44,947 nt of DNA from Gammaproteobacteria bacterium. Lineage in GTDB: Bacteria > Pseudomonadota > Gammaproteobacteria > Pseudomonadales > Pseudohongiellaceae. Positions within the stretch are counted from its first letter, which is position 1. Each line of letters starts with the position of its first letter. The position numbers and the translations under genes are program-made. Below, one piece after another: positions 19,320-28,329 of the stretch. Where the stretch lies: positions 7,730 through 52,676 of the forward strand of contig DORE01000161.1 in assembly GCA_003514305.1 (NCBI GenBank). The letters are read 5' to 3'. The notes beneath the pieces were generated by a model. It worked only from the letters and a program-made list of their open reading frames with translations, searched no databases and was not told the DNA's origin.

Positions 19320-20090
19320 CTACAGCGCGGGCATTCTGATCCCAGCGTCTAATCTGATGGTTTCGCCATTTAGATAGCTGCACTTCACAATATGCGCGAC
19401 CTCAGCGGCAAACTCATCGGGATTACCTAGTCGCTTCGGAAACTGGGTGATCGCGATGAGGGGTTCACGCACCTCTTGGGGCGCTCGGGCGAGCAATGGC
19501 GTTTCAAAAACGCCCGGAGCGACGGTCATGACACGCACGCCCCTTTTGGCCAGATCACGGGCAATAGGCAGGGTCATGGCTACGATGCCGCCCTTGCTTG
19601 CCGCGTACCCTGCCTGCCCGGTCTGACCATCAAACGCTGCAATTGATGCGACGTTGATGATGACCCCTCGCTCGTTGTCTTCTGTCTGCGGCTCGTTGAG
19701 CTGCATCACTTCTGCACACAGTCTTAGGACGTTGAATGTCCCGATAAGATTGACCCGGACAATGTGTTCAAAACGAGCCAGGAGCATGGCGCCATCTTTA
19801 CCCACTGTGCGCGCAGCACCCCCAATCCCGGCAGAGTTCAAATTAACGTGGATTGCTCCGAATGCCTGTTGCGCTCCGGCGATAGCCGCTTTGACGGCAT
19901 CCTCATCCGCGACGTCACCGGCATGCCAGGCGGCAGATTCTCCGAGTTCATCCGCAGCAGCCTGTAGCGCCTCTGCGTTAAGGTCAAATAAAAACACTTT
20001 GGCGCCTGCCTTGACGAAATTCTTGGCTGTTGCCAAGCCGAGACCCGATGCACCGCCGGTGATGAACGCAGTTTTTCCTTTTAATTCCAT
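19320..20090 (-). CDS. SDR-family 3-hydroxyacyl-CoA dehydrogenase (type II / 3-hydroxy-2-methylbutyryl-CoA dehydrogenase-like, FadB2x-like)
   Basis: The ORF is open to 20162; ATG 20090 gives MELKGKTAFITGGASGLG (TGxxxGxG). YAASKGG supplies the YxxxK catalytic motif. The overall layout resembles HSD17B10/FadB2x. Confidence 0.9.
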   Translation of the reverse strand: MELKGKTAFITGGASGLGLATAKNFVKAGAKVFLFDLNAEALQAAADELGESAAWHAGDVADEDAVKAAIAGAQQAFGAIHVNLNSAGIGGAARTVGKDGAMLLARFEHIVRVNLIGTFNVLRLCAEVMQLNEPQTEDNERGVIINVASIAAFDGQTGQAGYAASKGGIVAMTLPIARDLAKRGVRVMTVAPGVFETPLLARAPQEVREPLIAITQFPKRLGNPDEFAAEVAHIVKCSYLNGETIRLDAGIRMPAL

Positions 20091-20228
20091 ACTTCTAGTC
20101 AATTCTATTAAGTAAAATCCCAAACAGAATAATCGATTGCCACAGAAAAGGAAAATTATCAAAGTGCCCTACCAAGAAGAAAATTTCCCTCGTTGTAGGC
20201 CGTTTGCTTGCAGAGATCTTCCCACTGG

Positions 20229-20247
20229 CCCGCTATATTTTAGCGGG
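20229..20247. promoter_or_regulatory. 7-bp inverted repeat in the SDR/racemase divergent promoter region
   Basis: CCCGCTA-TATTT-TAGCGGG sits in the 210-bp gap between the divergent beta-oxidation transcription units. It is either a candidate operator or a leader hairpin. Confidence 0.15.
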
Positions 20248-20300
20248 GCGATCCCCTATGATTGCGAAGGTAGAAGCAAGCCAAATTACAAGGAGAAACT

Positions 20301-21428
20301 GTGGGCCCACTCACTGGTATTCGTGTGGTTGAGATGGCGGGAATTGGGCCCGGACCTTTCACCGCCATGATGCTTTCCGATCTTGGCGCCGAAGTCATTC
20401 GTGTGGACCGACTCAGCCACAAGGGCATTGGCCACCGTGCCAATGTTCTCAATCGGGGCAGAAAGTCCATCGCAGTTGATCTCAAAAACCCCCGCGGGGT
20501 TGCAACAACATTGCGCCTTATTGAGCAGGCAGATGTGGTACTAGAAGGCTTTCGACCCGGCGTGATGGAGCGCCTCGGGCTCGGACCAAAAGAATGTCTG
20601 TCAGTGAATACGCGTCTTATATTCGCCCGCATGACAGGATGGGGACAGACAGGCCCGCTTTCACAGGCGGCAGGACACGACATCAATTACATCTCCATCG
20701 CGGGCGCCCTCGGCGCCATGGGCTATGCGGATCGACCCCCCGCGCCTCCACTAAATCTGGTCGGCGACTTTGGTGGCGGCGCGATGTATCTGCTAACCGG
20801 CATTCTTGCCGCGCTGGTGGAACGCGCCACGTCGGGGCAGGGCCAAATCATAGATGCCGCCATGTCAGATGGCACAGCTAGCCTGCTCAGCCCCTTCTTT
20901 GGCTTGATGGCTATGAATATGTGGACAACTGACCGATTCAGCAACAGGCTGGATGGAGGCGCTTTTTACTACGGCAGCTACGAATGCAGCGACGGCAAAT
21001 ATATCTCAATTGGCTCACTGGAGCCCCAATTCTATGCCTTACTTCTGAAAAAAGCAGAAATTACCGACCCGGAATTCCAAGAGCAGCTTGATGAGGCCGC
21101 TTGGCCTGCCAAACGCAAAAAACTGATAGAGATATTCAAAACCAAGACCAGACAACAATGGTGCGACATCATGGAAGGAACCGATGTGTGTTTTGCACCA
21201 GTTTTAGACCTCAAAGAAGCGCCAAATCACCCACATAATATCGACAGGAAAGCCTTCGTCGAGCTCGATGGCGTTGTTCAGCCGGCCCCAGCCCCGCGAT
21301 TCAGCCGAACTCAGGGCGAAATTCAGGGACCAGCCGCAATAGCAGGAGAGCACACCAGAGAAGTGTTGAGCGCCTGGAACTTTACGGACCAGGAAATCGA
21401 TGAGTTACAGGCCGCTGGAGCAATATAA
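20301..21428 (+). CDS. alpha-methylacyl-CoA racemase (family III CoA-transferase fold)
   Basis: 375-aa ORF with a GTG start. It is almost collinear with M. tuberculosis Mcr as I recall it: GPLTGIRVVEMAGIGPGPF, ARMTGWGQTGP, AGHDINYIS, PPLNLVGDFGGG, GSLEPQFYA and PAPRFSRT. Confidence 0.88.
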   Translation: MGPLTGIRVVEMAGIGPGPFTAMMLSDLGAEVIRVDRLSHKGIGHRANVLNRGRKSIAVDLKNPRGVATTLRLIEQADVVLEGFRPGVMERLGLGPKECLSVNTRLIFARMTGWGQTGPLSQAAGHDINYISIAGALGAMGYADRPPAPPLNLVGDFGGGAMYLLTGILAALVERATSGQGQIIDAAMSDGTASLLSPFFGLMAMNMWTTDRFSNRLDGGAFYYGSYECSDGKYISIGSLEPQFYALLLKKAEITDPEFQEQLDEAAWPAKRKKLIEIFKTKTRQQWCDIMEGTDVCFAPVLDLKEAPNHPHNIDRKAFVELDGVVQPAPAPRFSRTQGEIQGPAAIAGEHTREVLSAWNFTDQEIDELQAAGAI

Positions 21429-21454
21429 GTCGCGCGATTAACCGGAGATCAATA

Positions 21455-22327
21455 GTGCCTTTTGAAACCATTCGCTACGAAATTGTCGATCGAATTCTGA
21501 CTATTACCCTGAATCGGCCGGAGCAGCTCAATGCGTTTACCGTGACAATGGCCGAAGAACTGATCGCGGCCTTTGAGCAGGCCAGCGAAGATGACGGAGT
21601 CGATGCGGTCGTCGTGACAGGAGCGGGTAAAGCCTTCTGTGCCGGCATGGATTTGTCCAGCTCAGGCAATGTTTTCGGTTTGAATGAAACGCTGAGCCCA
21701 GATCTTGAAGACATGCGCTCGCGCCTGTCAGATCCAGAAATTGAAACTGGCGTCAGAGATACCGGCGGCCAGCTGACGCTGGCAATCTTCGAGTGCAAGA
21801 AACCGGTCATCGCGGCCGTCAACGGGGCAGCGGTCGGTATCGGGGCCACCATGCTCTGTGCCATGGATATTAGATTGGTGGCAGACACAGCCCGTGTGGG
21901 CTTCGTTTTTAATAAGATCGGAATCACGCCGGAAGCCTGCTCATCATGGTTCCTGCCGCGCATCGTCAATATGGGTACCGCGTTGGAGTGGATTTATAGC
22001 GGTGACCTGATTGCGGCGGAAGAACTGACTCGCAAAGGCTTCGCAAACCAACAGCTCGCCGGGAAATCGCTGCTGGATAAAGCCTATGAAGTTGCTGCCC
22101 GAATCAGCAGCCACAGCCAGGTTGCCGTGGCTTTGACCCGGCAGATGATGTATCGCAATGCTGCCCTGCCACATCCGATCGGCGCCCATGAAGTGGACTC
22201 GCTGGCGATTTTTTATGCCAGCCAAACCAGCGGGAAAGAGGGTGTGAACGCCTTTCTGGAAAAGCGAAGGGCGAATTTTGATGACCATGCCTCTACCGAC
22301 ATGCCTCCTTTCTACCCTTGGTGGTGA
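21455..22327 (+). CDS. enoyl-CoA hydratase/isomerase (crotonase family)
   Basis: 290-aa ORF with a GTG start. It has LTITLNRPEQLNAF, VVVTGAGKAFCAGMDL and PVIAAVNGAAVGIGATM (oxyanion hole). Confidence 0.9.
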   Translation: MPFETIRYEIVDRILTITLNRPEQLNAFTVTMAEELIAAFEQASEDDGVDAVVVTGAGKAFCAGMDLSSSGNVFGLNETLSPDLEDMRSRLSDPEIETGVRDTGGQLTLAIFECKKPVIAAVNGAAVGIGATMLCAMDIRLVADTARVGFVFNKIGITPEACSSWFLPRIVNMGTALEWIYSGDLIAAEELTRKGFANQQLAGKSLLDKAYEVAARISSHSQVAVALTRQMMYRNAALPHPIGAHEVDSLAIFYASQTSGKEGVNAFLEKRRANFDDHASTDMPPFYPWW

Positions 22328-22459
22328 GCATGCTCAACCGACTGCATCGACCAGCAACGTTTCATACTGCTCCGCCAGCTGCCCGTGGCTGGGTCTGCAG
22401 ATCGGGTGTATTTCCCGAAATTGTGCGTATAATAAGAAACACCCTTCTGAGATTTTTTG

Positions 22460-22807
22460 ATGATTGTAGTCCAATCGATTTTCCATCTCGCATCCGACTC
22501 CAAGCGAGATGCCATCAAACTGATGCGCAACATGGTGCGACTGTGTCGGCTTGAGCACGGCTGTATCAGCTATGAGTATTTTGAAGGAATTTCCAACCCC
22601 AATCAGGTTATCCTGATGCAGGAGTGGGAGGATGCGGACTGTCTGCAGGGGCACTACCAGACAGATCACATGGAGCACTTTCTCAGCAAGCTGGGAGACT
22701 ATCTTGTGAGCCCGGTGGAGACGCGCAGCTACGTCTCTCAGGAAGAGGCATCAGTCACTTCCATATCGGCAGAAGACATGCCTAAGCCCGAACAGACTAT
22801 CCATTAA
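22460..22807 (+). CDS. antibiotic-biosynthesis-monooxygenase (ABM) domain protein / putative quinol monooxygenase
   Basis: The track start is TTG 22457; the ATG at 22460 is preferred. The ~100-aa ferredoxin-like pattern (IVVQSIFHL...C.SYEYFE....NQVILMQEWEDADCLQGHYQTDHM) is typical of ABM/YgiN-like proteins. Confidence 0.72.
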   Translation: MIVVQSIFHLASDSKRDAIKLMRNMVRLCRLEHGCISYEYFEGISNPNQVILMQEWEDADCLQGHYQTDHMEHFLSKLGDYLVSPVETRSYVSQEEASVTSISAEDMPKPEQTIH

Positions 22808-22930
22808 TTGAGTCATCAGCGGGCGATTGATAAGCAGAGTCTACCGGCACATCGGCCGAGCTCCCGCCTGTCTGCGCATTCCATCATAAGCACAAAAGCT
22901 GCTGCCGACTGAGCAAAAAATCAGCAAGCT

Positions 22931-24343
22931 TCAGTCACCGCCTTCTTTAACCTCGTGATCAGGCTTCTGAAGAAATTCACCAGCATCATAGCGACGAAAA
23001 TACTCCTGTGCTGCGCTCTTCACTCTTGGTGCCAGCACGAATGTTGAAAGCATGGTTGGTATCGCCATGGTTGCGTAGGCACCATCAAACAGACTGATGA
23101 CCGCATCCAATGACGCCACCGCACCAACGGTAATGAGCGCCATGTAGATGCCCAGATAATACTTCTCAGAACGCGTGCCAAAAATGAATGCCATGCACTT
23201 ACTGCCGTAGTAGGAGTAAGTCAGCACTGTGGTTGTGCTAAGAACAAACACCATGATCAGCATCAGGTAGGATCCGACGCCGGGAAAAGCCTGATCGTAG
23301 GCCTGAGCTGTGAGTGTCACGCCAATTGCATCCCCCTGCCAAACCCCGGTTACCAGAATCGCCAGAGCTGTGCAGGTGCATACGAGCAGTGTATCGATAA
23401 TCGGGCCCACCATAGCCACAAGCCCCTCTCTGGCTGGCTCGCTAGTTTTGGCCGCTCCATGCGCAAGAGATTCAGTGCCAAGGCCAGCTTCATTGGAAAA
23501 GACACCCCGCTGCACCCCGATCAGAATCACAGCGCCCAGCACTCCACCGGAAACTGCCTCACCAGAAAATGCGTCAACCAAAATTAACGCTAGCATCGCC
23601 GGTAATTCTGTGAGGTGAGACAGCAAAAGATAGCTGGTTATCACCGTATAAAACAGCACCATAAGTGGTACGAGACTTCCGGCCACGGCAGCCACCCGCT
23701 TGACTTTCCCGACAGCAGCCGAGAAAAGCGAAACGGACAGCACCAGACCCATAATCAGATCAAAGGTGAAGTGATTTTCTGCAGAGGTAATACCCGCCGG
23801 AATCGCCAGGGCATCCCGGGTAATCTGCACAAGCTGATTGACTTGAAAAACGGGCAAGGTGCCAAACATGCCCGCAACTGCAAACATGTAAGCCAGCGGC
23901 GTCCAGCGTTTTCCGAGACCTTCTCGGATCACATACATCGGCCCACCCTGCAGGTTGCCTGCGTCGTCAGTGCCCCGATACATGATGGCCAGCGACGCGG
24001 TGTAAAACTTGGTGGAAATCCCTACTACCGCGGTCACCCACATCCAGAAAACTGCGCCAGGCCCACCCAGCGTAATCGCCACGGCAACCCCGGTAATATT
24101 ACCCACGCCGATCGTTCCTGCCAGAGCCGTTGCCAGAGCTCGGTAATGACTAATGTCTCCTGCCGCAGAAGCGCTCGGTTGATATTTGCCTCTCAGCAGA
24201 TCAAAGCTGTGACCGAGATATTTGAAATGTCTCAACCTGGAATGAACGGTGAAATAAAGACCACCCCCAACCAGTAGGGCCACCAGCTGAGGGCCCCACA
24301 TGAAATCCGCAAACGCAGCAAGCCCCTGTTCTATTTGAGACAT
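22931..24343 (-). CDS. alanine/glycine:cation symporter (AGCS family)
   Basis: 470-aa polytopic ORF with the AGCS signatures GDISHYRALATALAGTIGVGNITGVA, GGPGAVFWMW and FSNEAGLGT. Confidence 0.9.
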   Translation of the reverse strand: MSQIEQGLAAFADFMWGPQLVALLVGGGLYFTVHSRLRHFKYLGHSFDLLRGKYQPSASAAGDISHYRALATALAGTIGVGNITGVAVAITLGGPGAVFWMWVTAVVGISTKFYTASLAIMYRGTDDAGNLQGGPMYVIREGLGKRWTPLAYMFAVAGMFGTLPVFQVNQLVQITRDALAIPAGITSAENHFTFDLIMGLVLSVSLFSAAVGKVKRVAAVAGSLVPLMVLFYTVITSYLLLSHLTELPAMLALILVDAFSGEAVSGGVLGAVILIGVQRGVFSNEAGLGTESLAHGAAKTSEPAREGLVAMVGPIIDTLLVCTCTALAILVTGVWQGDAIGVTLTAQAYDQAFPGVGSYLMLIMVFVLSTTTVLTYSYYGSKCMAFIFGTRSEKYYLGIYMALITVGAVASLDAVISLFDGAYATMAIPTMLSTFVLAPRVKSAAQEYFRRYDAGEFLQKPDHEVKEGGD

Positions 24344-24652
24344 TCGGTTCTCTCGGTGCTATTGGTTCTCACAGTTCGCTCGGTGCTCTCAGATATCTTA
24401 TTTCCCTCAGCTCACTGCGCCAGACTGGATTCTGAAATTCTGATGGGCACGTAATAACCGAGGCTACTGACCCGACGCGAAAGGATTTACCTCCACTGTC
24501 CGTATTCCCTGAATTGGCCGTCATAATCAGTGCGAAGCCAATAGGCCGTATTTTCCACGTGAACTGTCTCCGTGAGTGCCGGTCAGCGGATCTGACCGCT
24601 GTCCTAAATCGAAACGAGGCGGTTGCTGGACTTCAAACAATCGCTGTCGGTC

Positions 24653-27013
24653 CTAATTGATATTGTCAGCGAATTGGAACTGCGAGGCAGGCTCAACCCC
24701 CTGCAGGTGTTCCACAAAATAATTCCAGCGCTTTTTCATGAAGTATCTGCTGTTACCAAAGCCGTGCCTGGCTTCCGGAAGTAACAGCAGGTCAAAGTCC
24801 TTTTCAGCCTCGATGAGAGCCTGCACTAGCAGCAGCGTATTGCTGGGTGGCACGTTATCGTCCAACAGGCCATGAGCCAGCAAGAGCTTCCCCTTGAGGT
24901 TGTCAGCGAGCAGCTGGTTGGCCTGGCTGTCATAGTTGGTGCGCAGCTCTGGCTGTGCCTCTGTATCAGAAGTCCCCGGAATCGCGTCCTGATAAGTTTC
25001 AAGCAACCCCTGCCATTTTTCACCCCAGTCATCCTCATAATTGCGGTTGTCGTGATTACCCGCACTGGACACTGCGACTTTGTAGAAGTCCGGATAGCGC
25101 AAAATAGCGCCGGCAGAAGCAAATCCCCCGCCTGAATGCCCCCAGATTCCCACCCGATCAAGGTCCATCCACGGTCTATCTGCAACTAACTGACGAATCG
25201 CACTCATCTGATCCGGCAGACCGTTGTCTCCCATGTTGCCATAGTAGGCATCATGAAAGGACTTGGAGCGCCCGGGAGTGCCCATGGCATCCACTTCCAC
25301 CACAATAAACCCCAGTTCAGCGACAGCCTGCTTATCACGGCGTACCGGCTGAAAACTCCGGGAACCAACGCTGCCCGACTGAGGTCCGGGATACAGATAA
25401 TTTAAAATCGGGTAGGCGCGATCCGGGTCAAACTGACTGGGCCGGTAGAGCAGTCCGTAAAGATCGGTTTGCTGATCCCGCGCTTTCACGACAAAAGACT
25501 CTGGGGCCCGCCAGCCGGTAGCCACCAGCGCGCTAGCATCAGCCCGCTCCAATTCCAGCGCCATAGCACCGGACCGGTCCCGAATGACAGAAACCGGAGG
25601 AGTAGCCGGAGTAGAAAACGTGTCGACGAAATGCTCAGCAGAATCTGACCAGTCGATTTGATGATGCGCAGACTCCGGAGTCAGCAGCAGCAGCTCACCA
25701 CCGGCCAGATCCAGACTGTATAAATAGTGATAATAAGGATCGCCGCCTTCTCTGCCTGCTGCAGTAAAATAAAGCATTCCCGATTCTTCATCCACTTGCT
25801 GGACTTCCAGTACCCGCCAGTTTCCTGAGGTAAGCTGCCGCTTCAGCGCGCCTGTATTGAGATCGTGCAAATACAAATGAGCCCAATTATCCTGCTCAGA
25901 GTACCAGATGAATTCTTCCCGGTCGTGCAGCACGCGCCAGTTCGGAACACGATAGCCTGACTCATAATAGGTCGCGACGGTTTCGTTGTAGACGGTGCGT
26001 ACGTCACCGGTGTGAGGATCAGCCAGCCTCAGCGTGGCTGACTTGTGGTCCCGGGAAGAAGAAACAAACGCCAGCATTTCACCGTCAGCGCTCCATTCCA
26101 CATCAAGAAAGACACCTCCGCGCCCGGCCACGTGATCCGCTGTTGAAGACCGGTGCGGATCCGGAGGCATATTCAAGGTCACCCGCCGGGGTTCGTCGCT
26201 GACATGAATCACGACCCTTTCAATCATGAAGATGGACTCGTCACCCGGCAACGGGTATTTCCAGGCATCGAGTGTGGAATGGCCGACCTCTGTTGTCATC
26301 AGATACATTTCTCCGACCTTGCGCGAATCGTGACGGAACGTTGCGATTTTTTGTGAGTCTGGAGACCACAGCAGAACCGGACCATCATCACGCAGCCAGC
26401 CGGCATTGTTGGTGGCGTACCCGTAGTTTTCGACGCCATCAAACGTGAGCTGGGTTACCGTCTCGGTCAGGGTGTCTCTGAGCCACAAGTTGTGATCCCG
26501 GATAAAAGCCGCCTTGCTTTCATCCGGAGATAGAAACTCATCGAGGGGTGCTTCCTTTAACTTTTGCAGAGAAAACCCCGCTGTTTCAAGTCGATAGTCA
26601 TCTCCTTCATAGGTAAAACTGAAGACATCAAGGTTTTCGCTGACTTCAAGATTACGCAGATCAAGATCGGCGCTGTCCGGAGTGTCGCCGGTGATCTCGC
26701 CAATTGCATTGGCGAGGTTGATCGGATCAAAAACCGTAGTTTTTCGCCCGGTAAGTGAATCAGCAATAAGAATCTCTGACCCGCCGGCCACAGATTTGCG
26801 ATAGGCTAGCCGATCGCCAGCCTGCCAGTGCTGACGAAGGATGCGATCGGTTACCAGCGGATTAGCATTTTGCGGAAGAAACTGTTCTGCGCGCTGATAA
26901 TCCTCGAGCGTAGCGGTCACAAGCCTATCCTCATTTTCCGTTGGCCCGGGCGAGCAAGCCACTGACAGCCCAGCGGCCAATAGCAGTGTCACAGAATTTA
27001 TTAAGCGATACAT
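24653..27013 (-). CDS. S9B-family serine peptidase (dipeptidyl-peptidase IV-like), exported, possibly a lipoprotein
   Basis: 786-aa ORF with the signal sequence LLLAAGLSVAC. An N-terminal DPP-IV beta-propeller region precedes the C-terminal catalytic domain. That domain has GIWGHSGGGFAS (GxSxG), LLAHGLLDDNV (Asp) and EARHGF (His). Confidence 0.88.
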   Translation of the reverse strand: MYRLINSVTLLLAAGLSVACSPGPTENEDRLVTATLEDYQRAEQFLPQNANPLVTDRILRQHWQAGDRLAYRKSVAGGSEILIADSLTGRKTTVFDPINLANAIGEITGDTPDSADLDLRNLEVSENLDVFSFTYEGDDYRLETAGFSLQKLKEAPLDEFLSPDESKAAFIRDHNLWLRDTLTETVTQLTFDGVENYGYATNNAGWLRDDGPVLLWSPDSQKIATFRHDSRKVGEMYLMTTEVGHSTLDAWKYPLPGDESIFMIERVVIHVSDEPRRVTLNMPPDPHRSSTADHVAGRGGVFLDVEWSADGEMLAFVSSSRDHKSATLRLADPHTGDVRTVYNETVATYYESGYRVPNWRVLHDREEFIWYSEQDNWAHLYLHDLNTGALKRQLTSGNWRVLEVQQVDEESGMLYFTAAGREGGDPYYHYLYSLDLAGGELLLLTPESAHHQIDWSDSAEHFVDTFSTPATPPVSVIRDRSGAMALELERADASALVATGWRAPESFVVKARDQQTDLYGLLYRPSQFDPDRAYPILNYLYPGPQSGSVGSRSFQPVRRDKQAVAELGFIVVEVDAMGTPGRSKSFHDAYYGNMGDNGLPDQMSAIRQLVADRPWMDLDRVGIWGHSGGGFASAGAILRYPDFYKVAVSSAGNHDNRNYEDDWGEKWQGLLETYQDAIPGTSDTEAQPELRTNYDSQANQLLADNLKGKLLLAHGLLDDNVPPSNTLLLVQALIEAEKDFDLLLLPEARHGFGNSRYFMKKRWNYFVEHLQGVEPASQFQFADNIN

Positions 27014-27069
27014 AGTAGTCTCCGGGTCCGGTTTTCGTCATTTGGCTTCTGCTCGACAAGCTCCGCCAG

Positions 27070-28122
27070 TTACAGCAAAGAGTCTAAAATCAGATTGGTA
27101 GAGTCTACTATTCGCTCATCCCTTTCTCGCAGATCCGGTGTGAATTCACAGCCAAGCAGATGCTGCAGCCCCAGAATATAGCGCGTCGCAATGGCACCGA
27201 TCTGTTCGGGGGAAAACTGCTGGTCTTTTTCGGTCACCATGCCGCGAGCAAACTCTTTAGAAAAAGATACCGGCTTTCCGCCGCGAGTCATCAGCGTGTT
27301 GTTATCGTCCAGCCGCCAGAAACGGGACGAATCCATCGTATAAACTTCATCTGCGACCACGATCTGACCGGCGCTGTTGACTCCATGCTCTGTCTTGGTG
27401 TCCACCAGCAACATATTTCGACCCCTAAGATATTCGGACACGACACCGAAAGCCATCATCGAAGCATTTCTGATATGGCCGTACTCCTGTTCCGTGCACA
27501 CCCCATCATTGACTAGCGCCCCCACATCAACGGTTCTATCTTCTTTATCTTTCGTGCTGGGGGTGTCCATTAGATATGGTAGCCTGCCGTTTACCTCCAG
27601 ATCAGCCACGTTCAAGGCGTGACCTGCATAGGTCATCACCTTACGACGTTCTTCGCTGGCGGCAAGCCAATGTTGATACAGCGATGTGGAGGTAGAGCTT
27701 TCAGCATTGTAGAGCCGTAACACATTTTCAAGCATGAACAGCTTCAGATTCTCCGCCGGAATTACCGTGGAGCTGGGCATCAGACCGGGGATCTCAAATT
27801 GGGAACTGCCCAGAATAGGCCTAACCAGATTCAACATATGGGCATGATTTAACGCCAAAACCTGGTCCTTGAAAGGGATAGCACCGCGATTGACATCATG
27901 CGTTGAAATTCGGTTATTACGAAACATGAGGCGCAGGTGATGCCCGCCTCTGGTGACCAGATCTTCTCCAATCACTGAATCCGACACCTTGCCTTCGAGC
28001 ACGGTCGCGCCCTTGAGTCGGGGCAGCTCGCCGTCAGCAATCAACTCGCGAATAGAACGTCCCGCACTGACCCGGTCGCCATGTTCGGCAACCAGCTCTT
28101 CAATTTGTTGCTTGTCTAACAT
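27070..28122 (-). CDS. SAICAR-synthetase-family protein (long, PurC-like; divergent motifs)
   Basis: The ORF is open to 28215; ATG 28122 gives MLDKQQIEEL.... PF01259-type landmarks appear in order: GKVSDS (cf. GKVR), RNNRISTHDV (cf. SDRISAFD), DTPSTKDKEDR, LLVDTKTEHG (cf. VDTKFEFG) and ADEVYTMDSSRFW (cf. DEVxTPDSSRxW). The ~350-aa length resembles the long Vibrio-type PurC, but several consensus residues differ. Confidence 0.75.
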   Translation of the reverse strand: MLDKQQIEELVAEHGDRVSAGRSIRELIADGELPRLKGATVLEGKVSDSVIGEDLVTRGGHHLRLMFRNNRISTHDVNRGAIPFKDQVLALNHAHMLNLVRPILGSSQFEIPGLMPSSTVIPAENLKLFMLENVLRLYNAESSTSTSLYQHWLAASEERRKVMTYAGHALNVADLEVNGRLPYLMDTPSTKDKEDRTVDVGALVNDGVCTEQEYGHIRNASMMAFGVVSEYLRGRNMLLVDTKTEHGVNSAGQIVVADEVYTMDSSRFWRLDDNNTLMTRGGKPVSFSKEFARGMVTEKDQQFSPEQIGAIATRYILGLQHLLGCEFTPDLRERDERIVDSTNLILDSLL

Positions 28123-28329
28123 GAATGTTATCGGGCCCGACGTTCGGGCGTCACGAGAATTGGGACTCAGCGTTTCACAGCACACTAAAACGCTCGAAGA
28201 ATAGAGTAAAGGCACGGGGACTACAAGAAGTCGGCGGCGGTTGCCAACAGGTCACTACTGGCTTAGGGTAGCCTAGACCGGCCCATTTTGCAGTTCACTT
28301 ACCAGCACAGCTGAGCATCAGCGATCACA

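Noticed and set aside
23615-24277. 220-aa plus-strand ORF, and similar long antisense ORFs at 33128-33853, 34083-34616, 19654-20115, 21475-21969 and 13995-14444
   Set aside because: All lie inside and opposite to strongly supported genes (AGCS symporter, algC, galU, SDR, crotonase, acyl-CoA ligase). They have Arg/Ser/Pro-rich shadow-frame composition.
24344-24652. Glycine riboswitch upstream of the AGCS symporter
   Set aside because: Only loose CACCGA fragments are present. The conserved GGAGAG / CACCGAAGGGGCAA / CTCAGGCAAAAGGAC cores and the tandem-aptamer layout are not readable on either strand.
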